DNA of 63,514 nucleotides, filler included, from Octopus bimaculoides (GCF_001194135.2; 6 parts of 6 records of this genome joined end to end with filler, not necessarily neighbours in it); one strand, 5' to 3'. Positions 1 through 13,760 are shown, numbered from the whole stretch's first letter. Made by a program: numbers and translations. Notes: generated by a model from the letters alone, not told the origin.

Positions 1-169
1 CTTTAATCGAACATTATAAATATAATCCAATTTTATTGTATATTTAAAATTGTAAATATTTAATCGATACAGCTACTTCACCCCTTTTATGTTTGTCTGT
101 CCTTGTTCGTCCCCTTTTTGTAATGCCTTTATGGCAAATATTTATATATATATATATATATATATAATT

Positions 170-1080
170 TTTCAAAGTAAACTCTGTAATCGTTACCAAT
201 ATAGCATAAGATTTCACCTCAAAAAATCTTTAATTAGATTCCTTAAGGATCGTTCTCCTTGTTTATATATCCAAAGTTTCAAATTTATACATTTAAAAAA
301 GAGATTTAACACCGGAGTTTATATATCCATGTATTCATTCAATGTAAACATTTCTGCGTATAACTTATATTTAACCATTAAAATAAGTTAAATATATTAG
401 TTGTCTTACACGTCATCAGGAATAATTTTCATTAGAACAAAAAACCCAAAGAAAACATAATGAATTGATCGAACAAAATCAAATTTAAAACTATACCATT
501 TTCGGTTAAATACGAAATCTCTGTTTACATCCGCTAATTTATAATAGGGGAGGTAACTCCTTGGTAAGTTCTATGATTATTACTCCACTACCAATAATTA
601 CTAAATTACTAAACCTTCTCTTATTTATTATTAATTATTCAAGATATATAAATTATCTTAATGGCCACTGGAAAGCTACAATTACTATTGACTAATTTTA
701 CATTGATATGTCTGCCTTAAAATCCAATATGATACTACATATTACCATCAACTATGAACTAAAAAGATTTTCAATTGCAATAGGAATAATTACTTCTAGG
801 AATTTTTTCCAAAACCCACATGTGATATATTTAATTTATACTTTAACATATTAATATTGTCTGCTATAATTATTATATTCTATGGACTCCATACTATAAA
901 TTGTAAACAATTCACATCTTATTGGAGATCCACAGTGTGCCATCCTATCTCTAGTATTTAATTCAATACCTACATTTATTATTGTCAAGTTATACACTTA
1001 TATATTCTGCTTTAAAATCTTATAATATACTATATTGTACTGTACTGTATTACAAGTTATAATTAACTCTTCATTATAAT
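170..1080 (-). mobile_element. highly decayed L1/Tx1-like LINE 3' fragment (zf-RVT region)
   Basis: Minus-strand reading near 880-970 gives LNTRDRMAHCGSPIRCELF..ESIE, resembling the zf-RVT TRDRL..C..C..ETIEH pattern. Many stops. Confidence 0.35.
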
Positions 1081-1109
1081 TAATCCATACTAAGTTGTGC
1101 CTAGATTTT

Positions 1110-1753
1110 AATGGCAAATTTGTATGAGCTTTGTATGAGCTGCATACAAATGTATGAGTGGTTCAGACGTTTCCAAGATGGTTGAAAAAATGTCAATATT
1201 GACAAACATTCTGGGAGACCCACAACTAGCAAAACTGAGAGACATCACAGATGTGCATCCAGCTGTGAGAGAAAATCAAAAAAATCACTAGCTGTGAGTT
1301 ATCGGAGGATGTGCAGATTAGTTACGGCTCAGTTCAGTCCATTATCACTGAAGATTTGGGTATGAGACGTATGTCTGCCAAGTTTGCGCCAAAACTGCTT
1401 TCAGCTGACCAAAAAGACACAGAAGTTTCAGTTGCACAAGATCTTAATTATGTCAAGAATGATGAAAGCATTTTGAAAACTTTGCGTAGGCCTCTGAGCA
1501 GGTATCGCCAAGCTTTTGGCAAAATTTGATGGAGATTCTCTGCTCAACTTTCTCTATCATGGTCAATGCAACGATCACACTACACACCTTCCTTCCAAGC
1601 ACTGCTTAAACAGTGGAAGTGAGCTAGAATGTTAAAACTTAGTGTGCATGCAGAGCAGAGTTCAAGGTCAATATGTGCCAAGCAGCTTCACTCACTGTAC
1701 TGTGCTTCAGCATCATTATTATAACAACTCTCCAGATACTTATTGATCAGACC
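1110..1753. mobile_element. mariner transposase 5' remnant with internal inversion
   Basis: Plus 1110-1480: YEWFRRFQDG..GRPTT..ISYGSVQSIITEDLGMRRMSAKFAPKLL. Minus 1478-1753: TIR-like ggtctgatcaataagtatc and MIEKVEQRISIKFCQKLGDTCSEAYAK. Confidence 0.85.
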
Positions 1754-3184
1754 ACATGTGTGTGTGTGTGTTTATAAATATCTTTTGTTATCATTTATAC
1801 ACCATTACTCATGTTTCATTTGCTAATAGGAGTTACAAAATTGTACATGTAAGAGAAACATGTAAGATATCTCCTATTGGAAATTTTTTGGAAAGAGAAT
1901 CAAACAACACAATATTTACATTTGGACGAAGCGTTTATTTATAGTAAGTAACCAGGAGATATATAGATAATTGGCAGGGAAAATAAAGAGCAAGTCTCCC
2001 CGAGTGTGTTTGTGTGTACATAACTGAGTTCAAATTTAGCCTTCATTGTGATCTATGTGTGCCCTGACTGTAAACAAAAGCCACATTATTATTCAGATGG
2101 TGTCATTTGCAATTTTCCATGAAAGCATGTCTGGGCGGTTCCTTGTTCTAGACATGGGTGGGGAGAGGGATTATTACCTTGCTTGGTAACAGGTGGCGGA
2201 TGGTGACAGAAAATGCATCTAGCAGTAGAAATACCATAACATAATTTCATCTGCCCCAAGCAGGCAATGGTGGTGGTGGTGGTTAGGATGGTGATGGTGC
2301 TGGTGCTGGTGGCAGCAGCGGTGGTAGTGGTGGCGGTGGCGGTGGCAATGACGATGATGATGAGGAGGAGGAGGAGAAGGAGGAATGATGATGGCAATGA
2401 CAATGACGATGACAACAGCAACAATATATGGTGCAGGCATGGCAAAAGCATGGGCCTAGGTATGTAGTTAAAATGTTTGCTTCCCAACCATGTGGTTTTG
2501 GGTCCAGTCCCACTGCCTAGCACCATTGGCAACTTTCTTGATCCACCCATAAGCCTTTGGCTTGTGAGTATGCTCCCACACACACACACCTGCCAACTTC
2601 ATTCGTCCAGCCCCACTTCTCGTTTCTCTCTCTTGTCCCTTCATCATTTGCATGTCTTATCCTGCTGCTTATCACACTCTCTTTACTACCAGTCATCATA
2701 GCCTTTCACCTGACCCACTTCAACTGACATTCGTCATTCACCCCCACCCCTGCCACTGCCACCGTCACTTATATTTACATTGGCCACTGCCACCACTTTT
2801 GTTCACCATTCACCCCTACTACCTCTAGCCATCTTTCTCTCACTCTCTTACTCCTTCCCCTGCATTTTTGCAACATTTACATACCCTTTATGATTTTTCT
2901 GTTACCACACTGTCTTCTATCACACCTTCTTATACCTTGAGAGAACACTCCTCTCCTTGACACCCTTTCTAGCCCCACTCCATTTACTCCCAAACACCAT
3001 GATATAATGTGAGGGTGGCCACGTTATCTTCTCCACAACAGACTTGTTCCTCTCAGTTGAAGTTTGCCTGTGACTCTTGCAAATTACAAGGCAGCCTCAC
3101 TAGTGAAGGGGCCATGAAAAAGCATCCAACACTCTGTAAGATGATTGGATTAGAAAAGGGATCCAGCTATAGAAATCAGGTCAA

Positions 3185-3690
3185 AACTGAGACACTGGAG
3201 CAACACATAGTCCACCAACCTTTTCAACGTTTGGTATAAAGCCACCTCTTTCACTTCTACAATATTACTGAGGCAATTGTCTTGTGAATTACTTGGTGAC
3301 TTCACTACCCTATTAAAAAACATTACTCTAGAGACCCTCCAGAGCCTCCCATTTTGGTCACTTGTATTTATGATCATTACCTTTCAGTCATTACCCAATA
3401 ATCATGTCCATAGCTGACAATAAACACAGAAACTAAATTGAAGATAATGAATTTGACTTTTTTACCAACCATTCTTCTTCTGAGGTATAAATGCTGGAAC
3501 TGGTGCATTCCTGTGCCAGTATCTGCAATTCTAAAATTATTCACCCTCCTGTTTCTCATCACTTGTGAATACAACCCTGAAATCCTGAAACTTCTCCACT
3601 TGCCTCAGTAATATTCCTCCCACATGCAGGATGGGAAGCCTTTCTTGAGAGGACCAATGTCTCAGTCTTTGCAACATTATTTCAATGATA
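3185..3690 (-). mobile_element. RTE-clade LINE RT C-terminal fragment
   Basis: SVFIVSYGHDYWVMTER and the downstream SDQNGRLWRVSRVM match the RTE pattern FVPILTYGHESWVMTER...QASEMGFLRRV. Confidence 0.75.
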
Positions 3691-4549
3691 CATACAGCAT
3701 CATTATCATTATCATCATCATTTAATGTCCACCTTCCCCATCATCAGTAGTTCATATATCCAAAAAAGAAGCACACTCTAAAACATTAGAAGTTGATTGT
3801 TAAAAGAGGAAGGAACTCCATACATTATTAAATGGGAGGACCTTGAACAACCAGGGACTTATATAAATGGGAGCAAATGATGTAAGGTTTGCTTGACAAA
3901 GAGCGAAAGAATCCTAAAAATTTCTCTTGAGCTGGGGACCTTTTTAAACTGTAGGAAAGAAGTATTTAGTTAATGCCCCCATCTGAGATGTTTCTTGTTG
4001 CAAGCTTGGAATTCCCCATTTGTTGAATAGAACTGTGGCAGCATCTTCAAATGTCACCACAACCAGAACTGATATAAGGGAGATAACCCCGTCTTGCCTG
4101 TAATACTTGCATGGCATTTCAGGATGTATTTTTTGTTTACAAAACTAATTAACCATGATAACTTCCTCCCTTCTGTTGTACAGAGGTGATGTGTCTCTGG
4201 CCATTTGAGTCTTACAAGTCACCTATACAGTTAAGCACTTTATAGGTGTGAAACCAATGGTTACTCTCTGACCAACCATAACAATCAACTTCCTGAAATA
4301 TTAAAATATATACTAGCAGGCTTCCTGGCATTCAGCGCGGTCTGTACAGTGTTGAAATGTATTCATAAGGCACATAATGGCATCTATCGTAATGCCCATT
4401 TTCCTTACAATAAAACTTGTTGAAAGGTATGTAAATATTGCATAACATAATTTTGGAAATTTATTTAGTGCATCTATATACAGAAAGTAATATAGATAAT
4501 AATAGAGAAATGTATTGTACGAAAATTATAAAACATTTACAGAACTTCA

Positions 4550-5275
4550 GTATATACAAAAACAGTATGGTAACAAAACAGGACAGTTAGAACAAACAGT
4601 AAGGGCTGTTGAGCCATAATGAGGTGAAGTGGTGAACGCTGGAGAACAAGCTTTGACAAGAGACAGACAAAAATGCATGCTATCTCTTGTAGCTGAATGA
4701 GAAGAAAGAAAGAAATTCGAGTTAGGAGAAGAAAGATGGCCGCTGGTCATGTATGAGCAACAAGAGAGTCAAGGAGGAAGTGTGAGGGAGAGAGAGGGAC
4801 AGATAGAGAATAGTGAAGGGGAAGAGAAAAAAAGAATTTTGAAAGGAAGAGAGAGAGGAATAGAGATAGTGATAAAATAGTGTCACATCAGAATTATTAA
4901 GATAAAACTTACTTGGAAATGGATGCGTGGCGCTCAATCATATAATAATATAAATAATATATATATGCATATATACATACATACCGTTTGTTCTGTCTTG
5001 TTTTTGTTACCGACTTTGACCCTCCACAAATCCCAAATTTTATTGAATTTGCTTTGTGGGATCGACTGTTTTGACAAAGACACATCTTGTCCTAACACTT
5101 GAAATGCAGAGTAGATAAAACAGTGGACAACTGATGAAGGGATTTTTCTTTATGTTGCCTGTCTCATTTTTCTATTTGTTTTGTTGTTCAAAAAAAGTTT
5201 GTTTTCCATGTTATTGTAATTCATGTTCTTGTTTTTCTTGTTGTTTATGTTTTTTGACATCCTGTACCCATATAT
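4550..5275. repeat. two copies, opposite orientation, of an interspersed repeat also at 6870-7360 (possibly a Penelope-like end)
   Basis: 5095-5270 aligns by eye with 7190-7360 (gtcct..gaaatgc.gagtagat..ggacaactga.gaaggg..ctttatgttgc). 4560-4760 is the reverse complement of the 7030-7140 motif. Confidence 0.55.
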
Positions 5276-5399
5276 GCATGTGTATATATATATATGTAAG
5301 TATGTACATGTATTATGTATTATATACATATATATATTATTATATGATTGGACACCATGCATCCATTTCCAAGTAAGTTTTATCTACCATGTAAAAAGC

Positions 5400-5762
5400 A
5401 CCATTTGAGTGTGATCGTTACCAGTGTCGCCTTACTGGCACTTGTGCCAGTGGCACGTTAGAAAATCATTTGAGCAATGTCGTTGCCAGTGCCGCTGGAC
5501 TGACTCCTGTGCAGGTGGCACGTAAAAAACATCATTTTGAGCATGGCCGTTGCCAGTACTGCCTGACTGGCCCTTGTGCCGGTGGCATGTAAAAGCACCC
5601 ACTACACTCTTGGAGTGGTTGGCATTAGGAAGGGCATCCAGCCATAGAAACTCTGCCAAATCAGATTGGAGCTTGGTGCAGCCATCTGGTTGACTAGTCC
5701 TCAGTCAAATTGTCCAACCCATGCTAGCATGGAAAGCAGACGTTAAACGATGATGATGATGA
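5400..5762 (+). mobile_element. SINE family B (ggatgcccttcctaacgccaacc domain, (GAT)n tail)
   Basis: gagtggttggcattaggaagggcatccagc...gcatggaaagcagacgttaaacgatgatgat. At least 8 copies in the window. Confidence 0.8.
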
Positions 5763-6869
5763 TATATATATATATANNNNNNNNNNNNNNNNNNNNNNNN
5801 NNNNNNNNNNNNNNNNNNNNTTAATTAATTAANNNNNNNNNNNNNNNNNNNNNNNNNNNNNNNNNNNNNNNNNNNNTGCTTCCCCTCTGGCTAAATAAAC
5901 CTGTCGCCTAGCCTCCCTTCTGGCAAGCTGGGTGTTCCACGAGTCAGATCAAATGGAACCCTCATTGTTGCAACTGACCAAGTGCCGGTTAGTATATATA
6001 AATTAAATATAAGGATAAAATTTATATAAGAATTTATCAAGTAGCCAGCATGAAAAACCAGTTAAGGGAAAAAATTTATACAAAATGTATTATTATTCCC
6101 TTTAAATATAAATATGTTCATTATATTAAGGGTTATTACAACACATAAATGGCTCACACTATAAGGGACTCTTAAAGTCAATATCATGTGTATTTATTAA
6201 AGTAGTTTTGACTTTAAGAGTCCCATACAGCATGAGGCATTTACATGTAGTAATAGCCCTTAATATAATGAATATATATATATATAATTGTTGATGATAT
6301 AAAACTTTAGAAACTTTGAGAGAAAGTGAAATGATAATCTTTTTGAAACAGTGAAACTTGAAGTAGATACAGCTATAAATAATAGCATGTAAATAGTAGG
6401 TTAAAAACCTCCTGATAGAAAATGTCCAAGACTGTCCCAAAGCCTTTGACTTTTTCTACCCTAGGAGGACTTTTAGCCCAGTATATTCATGCTATTATTT
6501 ATAGCTTTATCTGCTTCAAGTTTCACCAGTCCCAAAAAAGTGATTATATATGTCTACGACGTATCATATTTGCACACCACTAGTAATGTATAAACTAGTA
6601 TGACTTGTTGCATGCTCAGCTTGTTGTCAACTTAATGGCTGTCTTCACCTGACTACCTTGACCAGAAGGTTTACTAGAAATCCTGTAGGTTGCAAGTAGG
6701 ACCTGTGAAAAGAATAGATAAACCTAGCATAACATCAATAACTATCTAGAAACAGTACACAAGTGTGCAGTTGATGGTGACACCTAAAAAGCACCCTTGC
6801 TAATTAACAGGCCTAGTAACTACAATGGAGGTAAATATCAGGTTGATATCTGGCATGGAATAAACTCAC

Positions 6870-7365
6870 CATATGGACAATCACTTCCCTGTCTATCTCT
6901 CTCCCTCTCTTGTTCTTCATCCATTGTTTTTCTCTCTCACTCTTTCCCTATTCTTCTGTCCCTTTCACCGTTCCCTCTCTCTCTCAAACTCTTCCTCCTT
7001 GACCCTCTTGTCACTTACACGTGACGAAAGGGGACCTTTCTTTCTGCTCACTGCCTTCTTATAGAAAAGACATTTTTTCTATTGTCTTAGCTTAACAGCC
7101 CTCACTGTTTGTTTTACTGTCTTGTTAACGTTTTCACCCTCCGCAAAAAATTCCAAATTTTATTTAATTTGCTTTACAGGAAGGACATATTGTCCTTGCC
7201 TTCGAAATGCGGAGTAGATGGAACAGGGACAACTGACGAAGGGTTATACTCTTTATGTTGCATGTCTCGCTTCTCTGTTTTTTTTCATTGTTTGAAAGAA
7301 GTTTGTTTTCTGTTTTCCTTTCTCATGGTGTTTAACGTTTTTTTTGTGATGTCATGTACCCATAT
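6870..7365 (+). repeat. interspersed repeat, same family as 4550-5275
   Basis: CT-rich head followed by cttaacagccctcactgtttg...ctgacgaagggttatactctttatgttgc...gtacccatatatgcatg. Confidence 0.55.
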
Positions 7366-7439
7366 ATGCATGTATATATACATATAGATGTAGGTGTGTA
7401 CATATATGTATGGATATATGCATATGTTTATATATTATT

Positions 7440-7485
<46 letters not shown>

Positions 7486-7925
7486 CATGGAGTAAAAGAA
7501 ATAAACCATCTGGAGAAGGGAAAACTTTCAAATCAAATCTGTACTGACCTATAGAATACTTTTATTGGAATAGCCTTCTGATATAAGATCTGTGGTTGAA
7601 ATAGTTGCCCATTATTCTGTGCTTACTTGTCACTGATATTTAGAAAGTGACATGTGTTGTACAAGTGTTTGTCACTATAAATCAATGACAAGATGAAGTA
7701 ATTAATTATCTTCATATGACAGCTAAGAGGAAGGTAAAACAGCTATGAAAAAAAAAAAAATTAAAGGAATAGAGATTTTTAAGCCCACAAGGTTATCTGT
7801 GTAGGAGAGTAGTAACTCCACATAAAGACTAATGTTGGATACTGGGGACACTTTAGCATTGATTTAACATCCTCTCCAGTACTGAGGGCGTGATAAAACC
7901 CCAGCCAGTTCATGATGCTTTTTGA

Positions 7926-8265
7926 CCACATGGTTCCAGGTTCAGTCCCACTGTATGACACCTTGAACAGTCTTCTACTACAGCCTCAGGCCAACCAGAG
8001 CCTTGTGAGTGGATTTGGTAGACAGAAACTGAAGGAAGCCTGTGCTGTCATGTGTGTGTGTGTGTGTGTGTCCATCATTGTTTGACAATGGGTGCTGTGT
8101 ATTTGCCTCTGTAACTTAGTGGTTTGGCAAAAGAGACTGATAGAATAATTGTCAGGCTTTAAAAGAAAAAGTACTGGGATCAATCATTCAGCTAAAAAAA
8201 TTCTTCAAGGTAGTGCTCCAGCATGACCACAGTCTAATAACTGAAATAAGTAAAAGATAAAAGGT
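7926..8265 (+). mobile_element. tRNA-like SINE family D (ccacatggttccgggttcagtcccactg), CpG-decayed
   Basis: B-box-like ggttcagtccc and gccttgtgagtggatttggtagacagaaactgaag. Other copies at about 2449-2580, 8805-8955 (-) and 49070-49145 (-). Confidence 0.75.
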
Positions 8266-9685
8266 AAAAAAAAAATATGATGGTAATGATATATAGGTTT
8301 GGCTCTACAAATGGAAAACCAAGTGTACTCAATACATAAACTAGAGTCAGTTATTCATTTCTATTTGTGATTCAGCAAATGTAATTATACATTCTGAGTA
8401 GCACCAAAATTGGTTTTGTTCATTTTCAATGCTTGTGTGGATTGAATGGTGACAAGAAGAGCAACAAGCTATAAAACTTTATCGCTAAACCCCAATTGAC
8501 TTTCATGTAAGGAATTATTTGCTTCACCATTTAGCATTCAGATTGGTCTCTCAAATATAATGCTTTTTTATTCACATTGTTTTCAGTTAATCGTGCACTA
8601 TCTCATAGCTTTGAGCTTTCAATGATGTGACTGTTTATTTTTTTCAATGACCTTTTATAGGTGAGTGTGAGGAGCTGGATTTAGCCAGTTTGAACATAAA
8701 ACAAATAGAACATTTCGACTGGATATGGCATGACAGTGACACTCGCTTACAACTACCACATGATGTCAAGGCAAGGAGATGGTATGCATACATACATACA
8801 CATAACAGGCTTCTTTCAGTTTCCGTCTACCAAATCCACTCACAAGGCTCTGGTTGGCCTGAGGCTGTAGTAGAAGACTGTTCAAGGCGTCATACAGTGG
8901 GACTGAACCTGGAACCATGTGGTTGGGCAGCAAACTTCTTACCACACAGCCATGGTGTTATGATGTGTTCAACCTTTGCTATATAACCTTGCTATATCTA
9001 TTTAAATGCTAAAAGATTCACAAATCTTCAAAAGCACTGATTAATAAGTCATGATATCAACAAGGAATGTAAACATACCGGTTTCATTCCAGTGAAACCA
9101 TTGGAACTCAACATTCATGTACATTTGCACACACACACACGAGGCTTCCTACAGTTTCCAAATTCACTCACAAGGTCATATGTATACATGTCTTCATTTA
9201 CAAATACGTGTTGATATATTTTATTTTCATTGTTTTAATTTGTTGTAATATTCATTTAAAATGAAAAACCGTTTTGAGGTTTGTTTCTTATTTTTCTCTC
9301 CCACCTCCTTAGAACTGGTCACCTCCAGGCTGTGAAAAATTACAAGAGTGTTTGAAAGGACCGCCATCCAAACCTCATCTTTGTGTATGGCCTCATTAAA
9401 GATAAGGTCTACCTCAAGTATTCCATTTCCATTTTAACCCCCACATTTTTTTTTTTTGTTACTGTATTTCTGTTGAAACACTTTGTTTTAATTAATTTTC
9501 AAAAATAATGAAGAAATTACTGATATCACATTTTCTTTATTAAGCTGGTGTTTGGGATATAAATTAACATGAAATTTTATTGGAANNNNNNNNNNAACAA
9601 AGATCGAAAAAATAAAAAGGACTTAGAAATGAATTGTACTTTTCTGTTTCAGCTGTTTAATATTTTACCTTTTAGCATTCAGATT

Positions 9686-9972
9686 TATCATCATCATCAT
9701 CGTTTAACGTCCGCTTTCCATGCTAGCATGGGTTGGACGATTTGACTGAGGACTGGTGAAACCAGATGGCTACACCAGGCTCCAATCTGATTTGGCAGAG
9801 TCTCTACAGCTGGATGCCCTTCCTAACGCCAACCACTCCGAGAGTGTAGTGGATGCTTTTACATGCCACCGGCACGAAGGCCAGTCGGGCGGTACTGGCA
9901 ACGGCCATGCTCGAAATAGTGTATTTTACGTGCCACCTGCACAGAAGCCAGTCCAGCGGCACTGGCAACGAT
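9686..9972 (-). mobile_element. SINE family B copy
   Basis: Reverse complement of the 5400-5762 family, with the (ATC)n tail at the left end. Confidence 0.8.
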
Positions 9973-10399
9973 TTAATATTTATTAATTTGCATTGTTTTG
10001 AATTAATTATGTATTATCTTGTAGCTTTAAGATTTCAATGATGTGATTATATAGTTTTAAAATGACATTGTACAAGAGATTAAGTTGTGACAGTTTGAAT
10101 ATTAAACAGGTGGAATATTTGAGTCAGATATGGTCTGTTTAAATGGAAAGAAGTTTTGTTAGTGTATCTAGTCTTGGTCCTACATTCAAAACCCTGTCAA
10201 ACTTGTCTTTTGCTTTCATTTCTCTCTCTTTCTCTGGGCTCAATAATATAAGATATAGTAAATCCCTGAAACTGAGTGAAAATATTTCTTTTTCCACTTG
10301 GAACATATTGTGTTGAGTCAACAGTTTTGTAATATTTTGGTAACTTATTTGCTCTATTCATCAAGTTACAACTAAAATAAGTCTAGCATTCAAAGTAGA

Positions 10400-11110
10400 G
10401 ACCATTGTGTTGCACCGTCTAAATCCACCTTTCTGCCATTTCTTTGATGCCACACTGATACCAGTTCTTGTCCTTTAAGACAAAGAACTCCTACACTGAA
10501 GCTTCTACCATCTCATGGCTGATGAAGCATTGCGAGTGCAGGAAGTAAGCCATGGATTGGAAGAAGTAATAACTCAAGGGAGATATTTTTTTACAATCCA
10601 AACGTGCATAAGCAAGGGCCAGTTTCCAGAAATTGTCACCAAACATGGGCGTTTTGAACACAAGGTAATGCTCTGCACCTGGTGGAACTATGAGGGGATA
10701 ATTCACTACGAGTCTGTTCCAGACAGTTGAACCATTGATGCCAACCTATGCTCCAAACAGCTGGAGCAGATGTATGCCATTGTACAGCGAAAATACCCAG
10801 CATCACTTAACAGAAAGCGAACTCTTCTGCAACAAGATAACGCAAGACCTCACACTGCACAAACGACCCAGAATAAATTGTAGGAGATTGAAAGAATCAA
10901 ACTGATGCCACACCCAGCATATAGTCTGGACCTAGCCCCCTCAGATTATTATTATCTGTTCCAATTGATGGCTCACTTTCTGTGCTTGCAACACTTCATC
11001 AACCAAGTGGAGGTGAAAGCTTAAGTGAAATAATTCTTCACCTCAAAGAACAAGAACTGATCAGTGTGGGATCAAAGAACTTCAGGATGGCCTCTACTTC
11101 TAGACTGCTT
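10400..11110 (+). mobile_element. mariner (DD34D-type) transposase pseudogene fragment
   Basis: KVMLCTWWNYEGIIHYE...LLQQDNARPHTA...PHPAYSLDLAPSDY are canonical mariner catalytic-domain motifs, with stops and frameshifts. Confidence 0.9.
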
Positions 11111-12294
11111 CTGTTGTAACTTGATGAATAGAGCAAATAAGGTACCAAAATGTTAAAAAACTTCTGACTCTATACAATAGCCTGCAAATTGACATGGAAG
11201 AAAAACAGAACTATTGAGATATTTGTGCCTTTGTCAAAGGCATTACATGCAAAAGTAAAGTCAAACGGCTTTAACTGAGAAAGCTAAACTATATTACAGA
11301 CTTGGTTCTTCAAAAGCATGTTTGTAAGGAACTTAAAATTGTTAAAAACAATAAAATAAATAAATGTCAGTTTTAATTATTTGCTCTGGGTTCTATAATA
11401 GAAAAAAAAAACTTGATTTAAAGTGTTCTGAAAACTAGTCACTATAGTTTCTAAGAACTTGTATACGTTATATTTCATGCACCAGACTAATAATGGAAAA
11501 AGATGTTTATTTTATTCAATCCTTCCAAATTTTTATTATTATTTTCATACTTAAGTTAAAATACAATGGTTGGAAGTTACAGTTAGAAATACAGCGACAA
11601 GATTAAAATGGTCGGAATTTATACGATGCAAGGGGAATAAATCTTTATTCCTGCATATAAACTTACGTCTGTTAAGTTATTCATTACAGTGCTTTCGAAA
11701 TAGAGTGAAGTTCAGGTTTAAATAAATAAATAATTAACTAACTAACCACAACTCAGAGTTTTGCAATCATTTCTGCTTGGTATGGTAAAAATAATTAAAG
11801 TTTGATTACCTGTACTGATATATTTGTTTTGTTATTTTAATTATTATTTCCAGTTTTGCAGCAAGCTTTGACATGGATTACACATTTTAACTCATCAGTT
11901 ATAAAACAAAAGACGCCATATAAATGGTCCATTGATATGCTAGAAGTAGCAGCCAAATCACTTTACTGTTTTTTAAAAGGGAAGAACACATTGGATAAAT
12001 GTAAACGTAGATACTCTTAAAAGAAAAATACTATATGGTCACGACTGGAAAGCCTTTTGATGATAGGGTCACTCACTTAATCAGGTCAGAGCTGACCTGG
12101 TGGCTAAACATACAGTAAAGCCTTTCTGTAATTAGTTTTATTTTGAGATAGTCGTTTAATTTTTTTTTGCACAAAATAAACACGTGCACTATAAAATTCG
12201 TTCTTCACTTCAGATTAATTATTGTTCTTATTTTATATCCTTTGTCTGGAAATCTTTGTGATCTCTTCAGCAACTCTCCATCTCACGTCTCCTG

Positions 12295-12423
12295 TTCACA
12301 GCTGAGTGGACTGGAACAAATATGAAATAAAGTGTCTTGCTCCAGGACAAAACGTGCCATCGGGAATTGAACTCACAACCATATGATTGTAAGTTGAATA
12401 TTCCTAACCACTAAGCAACATGC

Positions 12424-12427
<4 letters not shown>
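12295..12427 (-). mobile_element. tRNA-derived SINE family F
   Basis: gtgaaataaagtgtcttgctc...gggaattgaactcacaacc...ctaaccactaagc (A/B-box on the minus strand). Copies at about 17752-17862 and 61945-62078. Confidence 0.7.
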
Positions 12428-12456
<29 letters not shown>

Positions 12457-12460
<4 letters not shown>

Positions 12461-12640
12461 ATTAAGCAACAGTTGCTTCACCACATACCGAAGTTCAGAG
12501 ATAGCAGCTAAAGTGCTGAAACTCCAACAGATAACATTACTTGTAACTCACAAAGGCAAAACAAGAAGTTTCAACACTTTAGCTGCTATTTCTGAACTTC
12601 GGTATGTGGTGAAGCAACTGTTGCTGACCCCTTAATTATG
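12457..12640. mobile_element. MITE-like long inverted repeat
   Basis: 59-bp arms at 12465-12523 and 12567-12625 match at 57/59 positions; 43-nt spacer; outer cataattaa/ttaattatg. Confidence 0.8.
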
Positions 12641-13760
12641 TTTATAAATGTATAAGAACTTTTAAATAAGTTCTTCACCGATAATGGTGTTTTCATACCA
12701 AAGGGCTTGGTAAAAATTATGAATTATTAATTTATTATTAAATTAATAAATTGATAATCCTTTACCCTTTTAATTGTAATAATTATATATATATATATAT
12801 ATAAATACAAAATGGGACGAGAACGCAAAACATCCGGACAGTTAAGTGATATAGATGTGTCTTCTGTTTGTTCCCCCATCACTTGACAACCAGTGATGGT
12901 TTGTTTACATCAACAATAGAGACTGAGAGAATAAATATTAGACTTAAAATATTAAGTACAAGGGTCAATTTGTTTGAAGAAACCCTTGAAGGCTGCAACT
13001 CTATCACTGAAATAAGTACAAGATAAAAGATTAACAAGAGATCTGGTGAGTTATTTATTTATCTTTTTTTTTGTTTGTTTCAAATTTGTTTTATTAAAAA
13101 AATAATTGTAAATACTTGAAAATATTTTGTGTTGGTTCGACGTAGGAAGCTCACACATCAGTATTCAGTTTTCAATAAGGTGGTGGTGAGATGAAATTAT
13201 ATGACAGATATAGAGGATAGAGAAAAAAAAGTTGCAGATGAAATCATAATTTCTAATTGGTGTATTGACTGCCTTAGTATATGTAACAAGTTATATATCA
13301 GTTAGAAATTCATTTTTACCAAGCCTTTATCCAGAACATAGTATAAATCAGTAGTAGAATAGTAACATTTATCTCATTTTCAAACATTTCATTCCCATTT
13401 ACCATAAAGATTTATGCCTGCATATGACAGCTATTTTACTCTGCTCCCATGGATGGATTATGTTGAAACATTGGGCATTACAGCTAGATGCCTTTCCTAC
13501 TCTCAACCACTCAGCAGAGTAGTAGGAGTCACAAATTTCTTAATGAGGAACACAACACTTTGACTGTTGTAAAACAGGAACCCATGACGATGCGTTGATC
13601 AAGCACTGCAATTCCACCACTATTTTACCTCAATAACAGAGCAGAAAGCTATATAGCTGTGTGTAAAAAATCTATGTATCATAATGTAAATACATGTTTA
13701 CATGAAGTATGATATATAAATTATTATTTTAATCTATTATCCAGTTCCATATAACAGATT

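Noticed and set aside
1-1100. Possible mitochondrial insertion (very AT-rich start)
   Set aside because: I recognised no mitochondrial protein or RNA motif; the minus-strand reading fits a LINE zf-RVT remnant better.
7195-7250. ccttcGAAA...CTGACGAaggg as a type II hammerhead (also CTGATGA at 5130)
   Set aside because: Stems I and III cannot be formed convincingly, and no GAAA follows the stem II hairpin.
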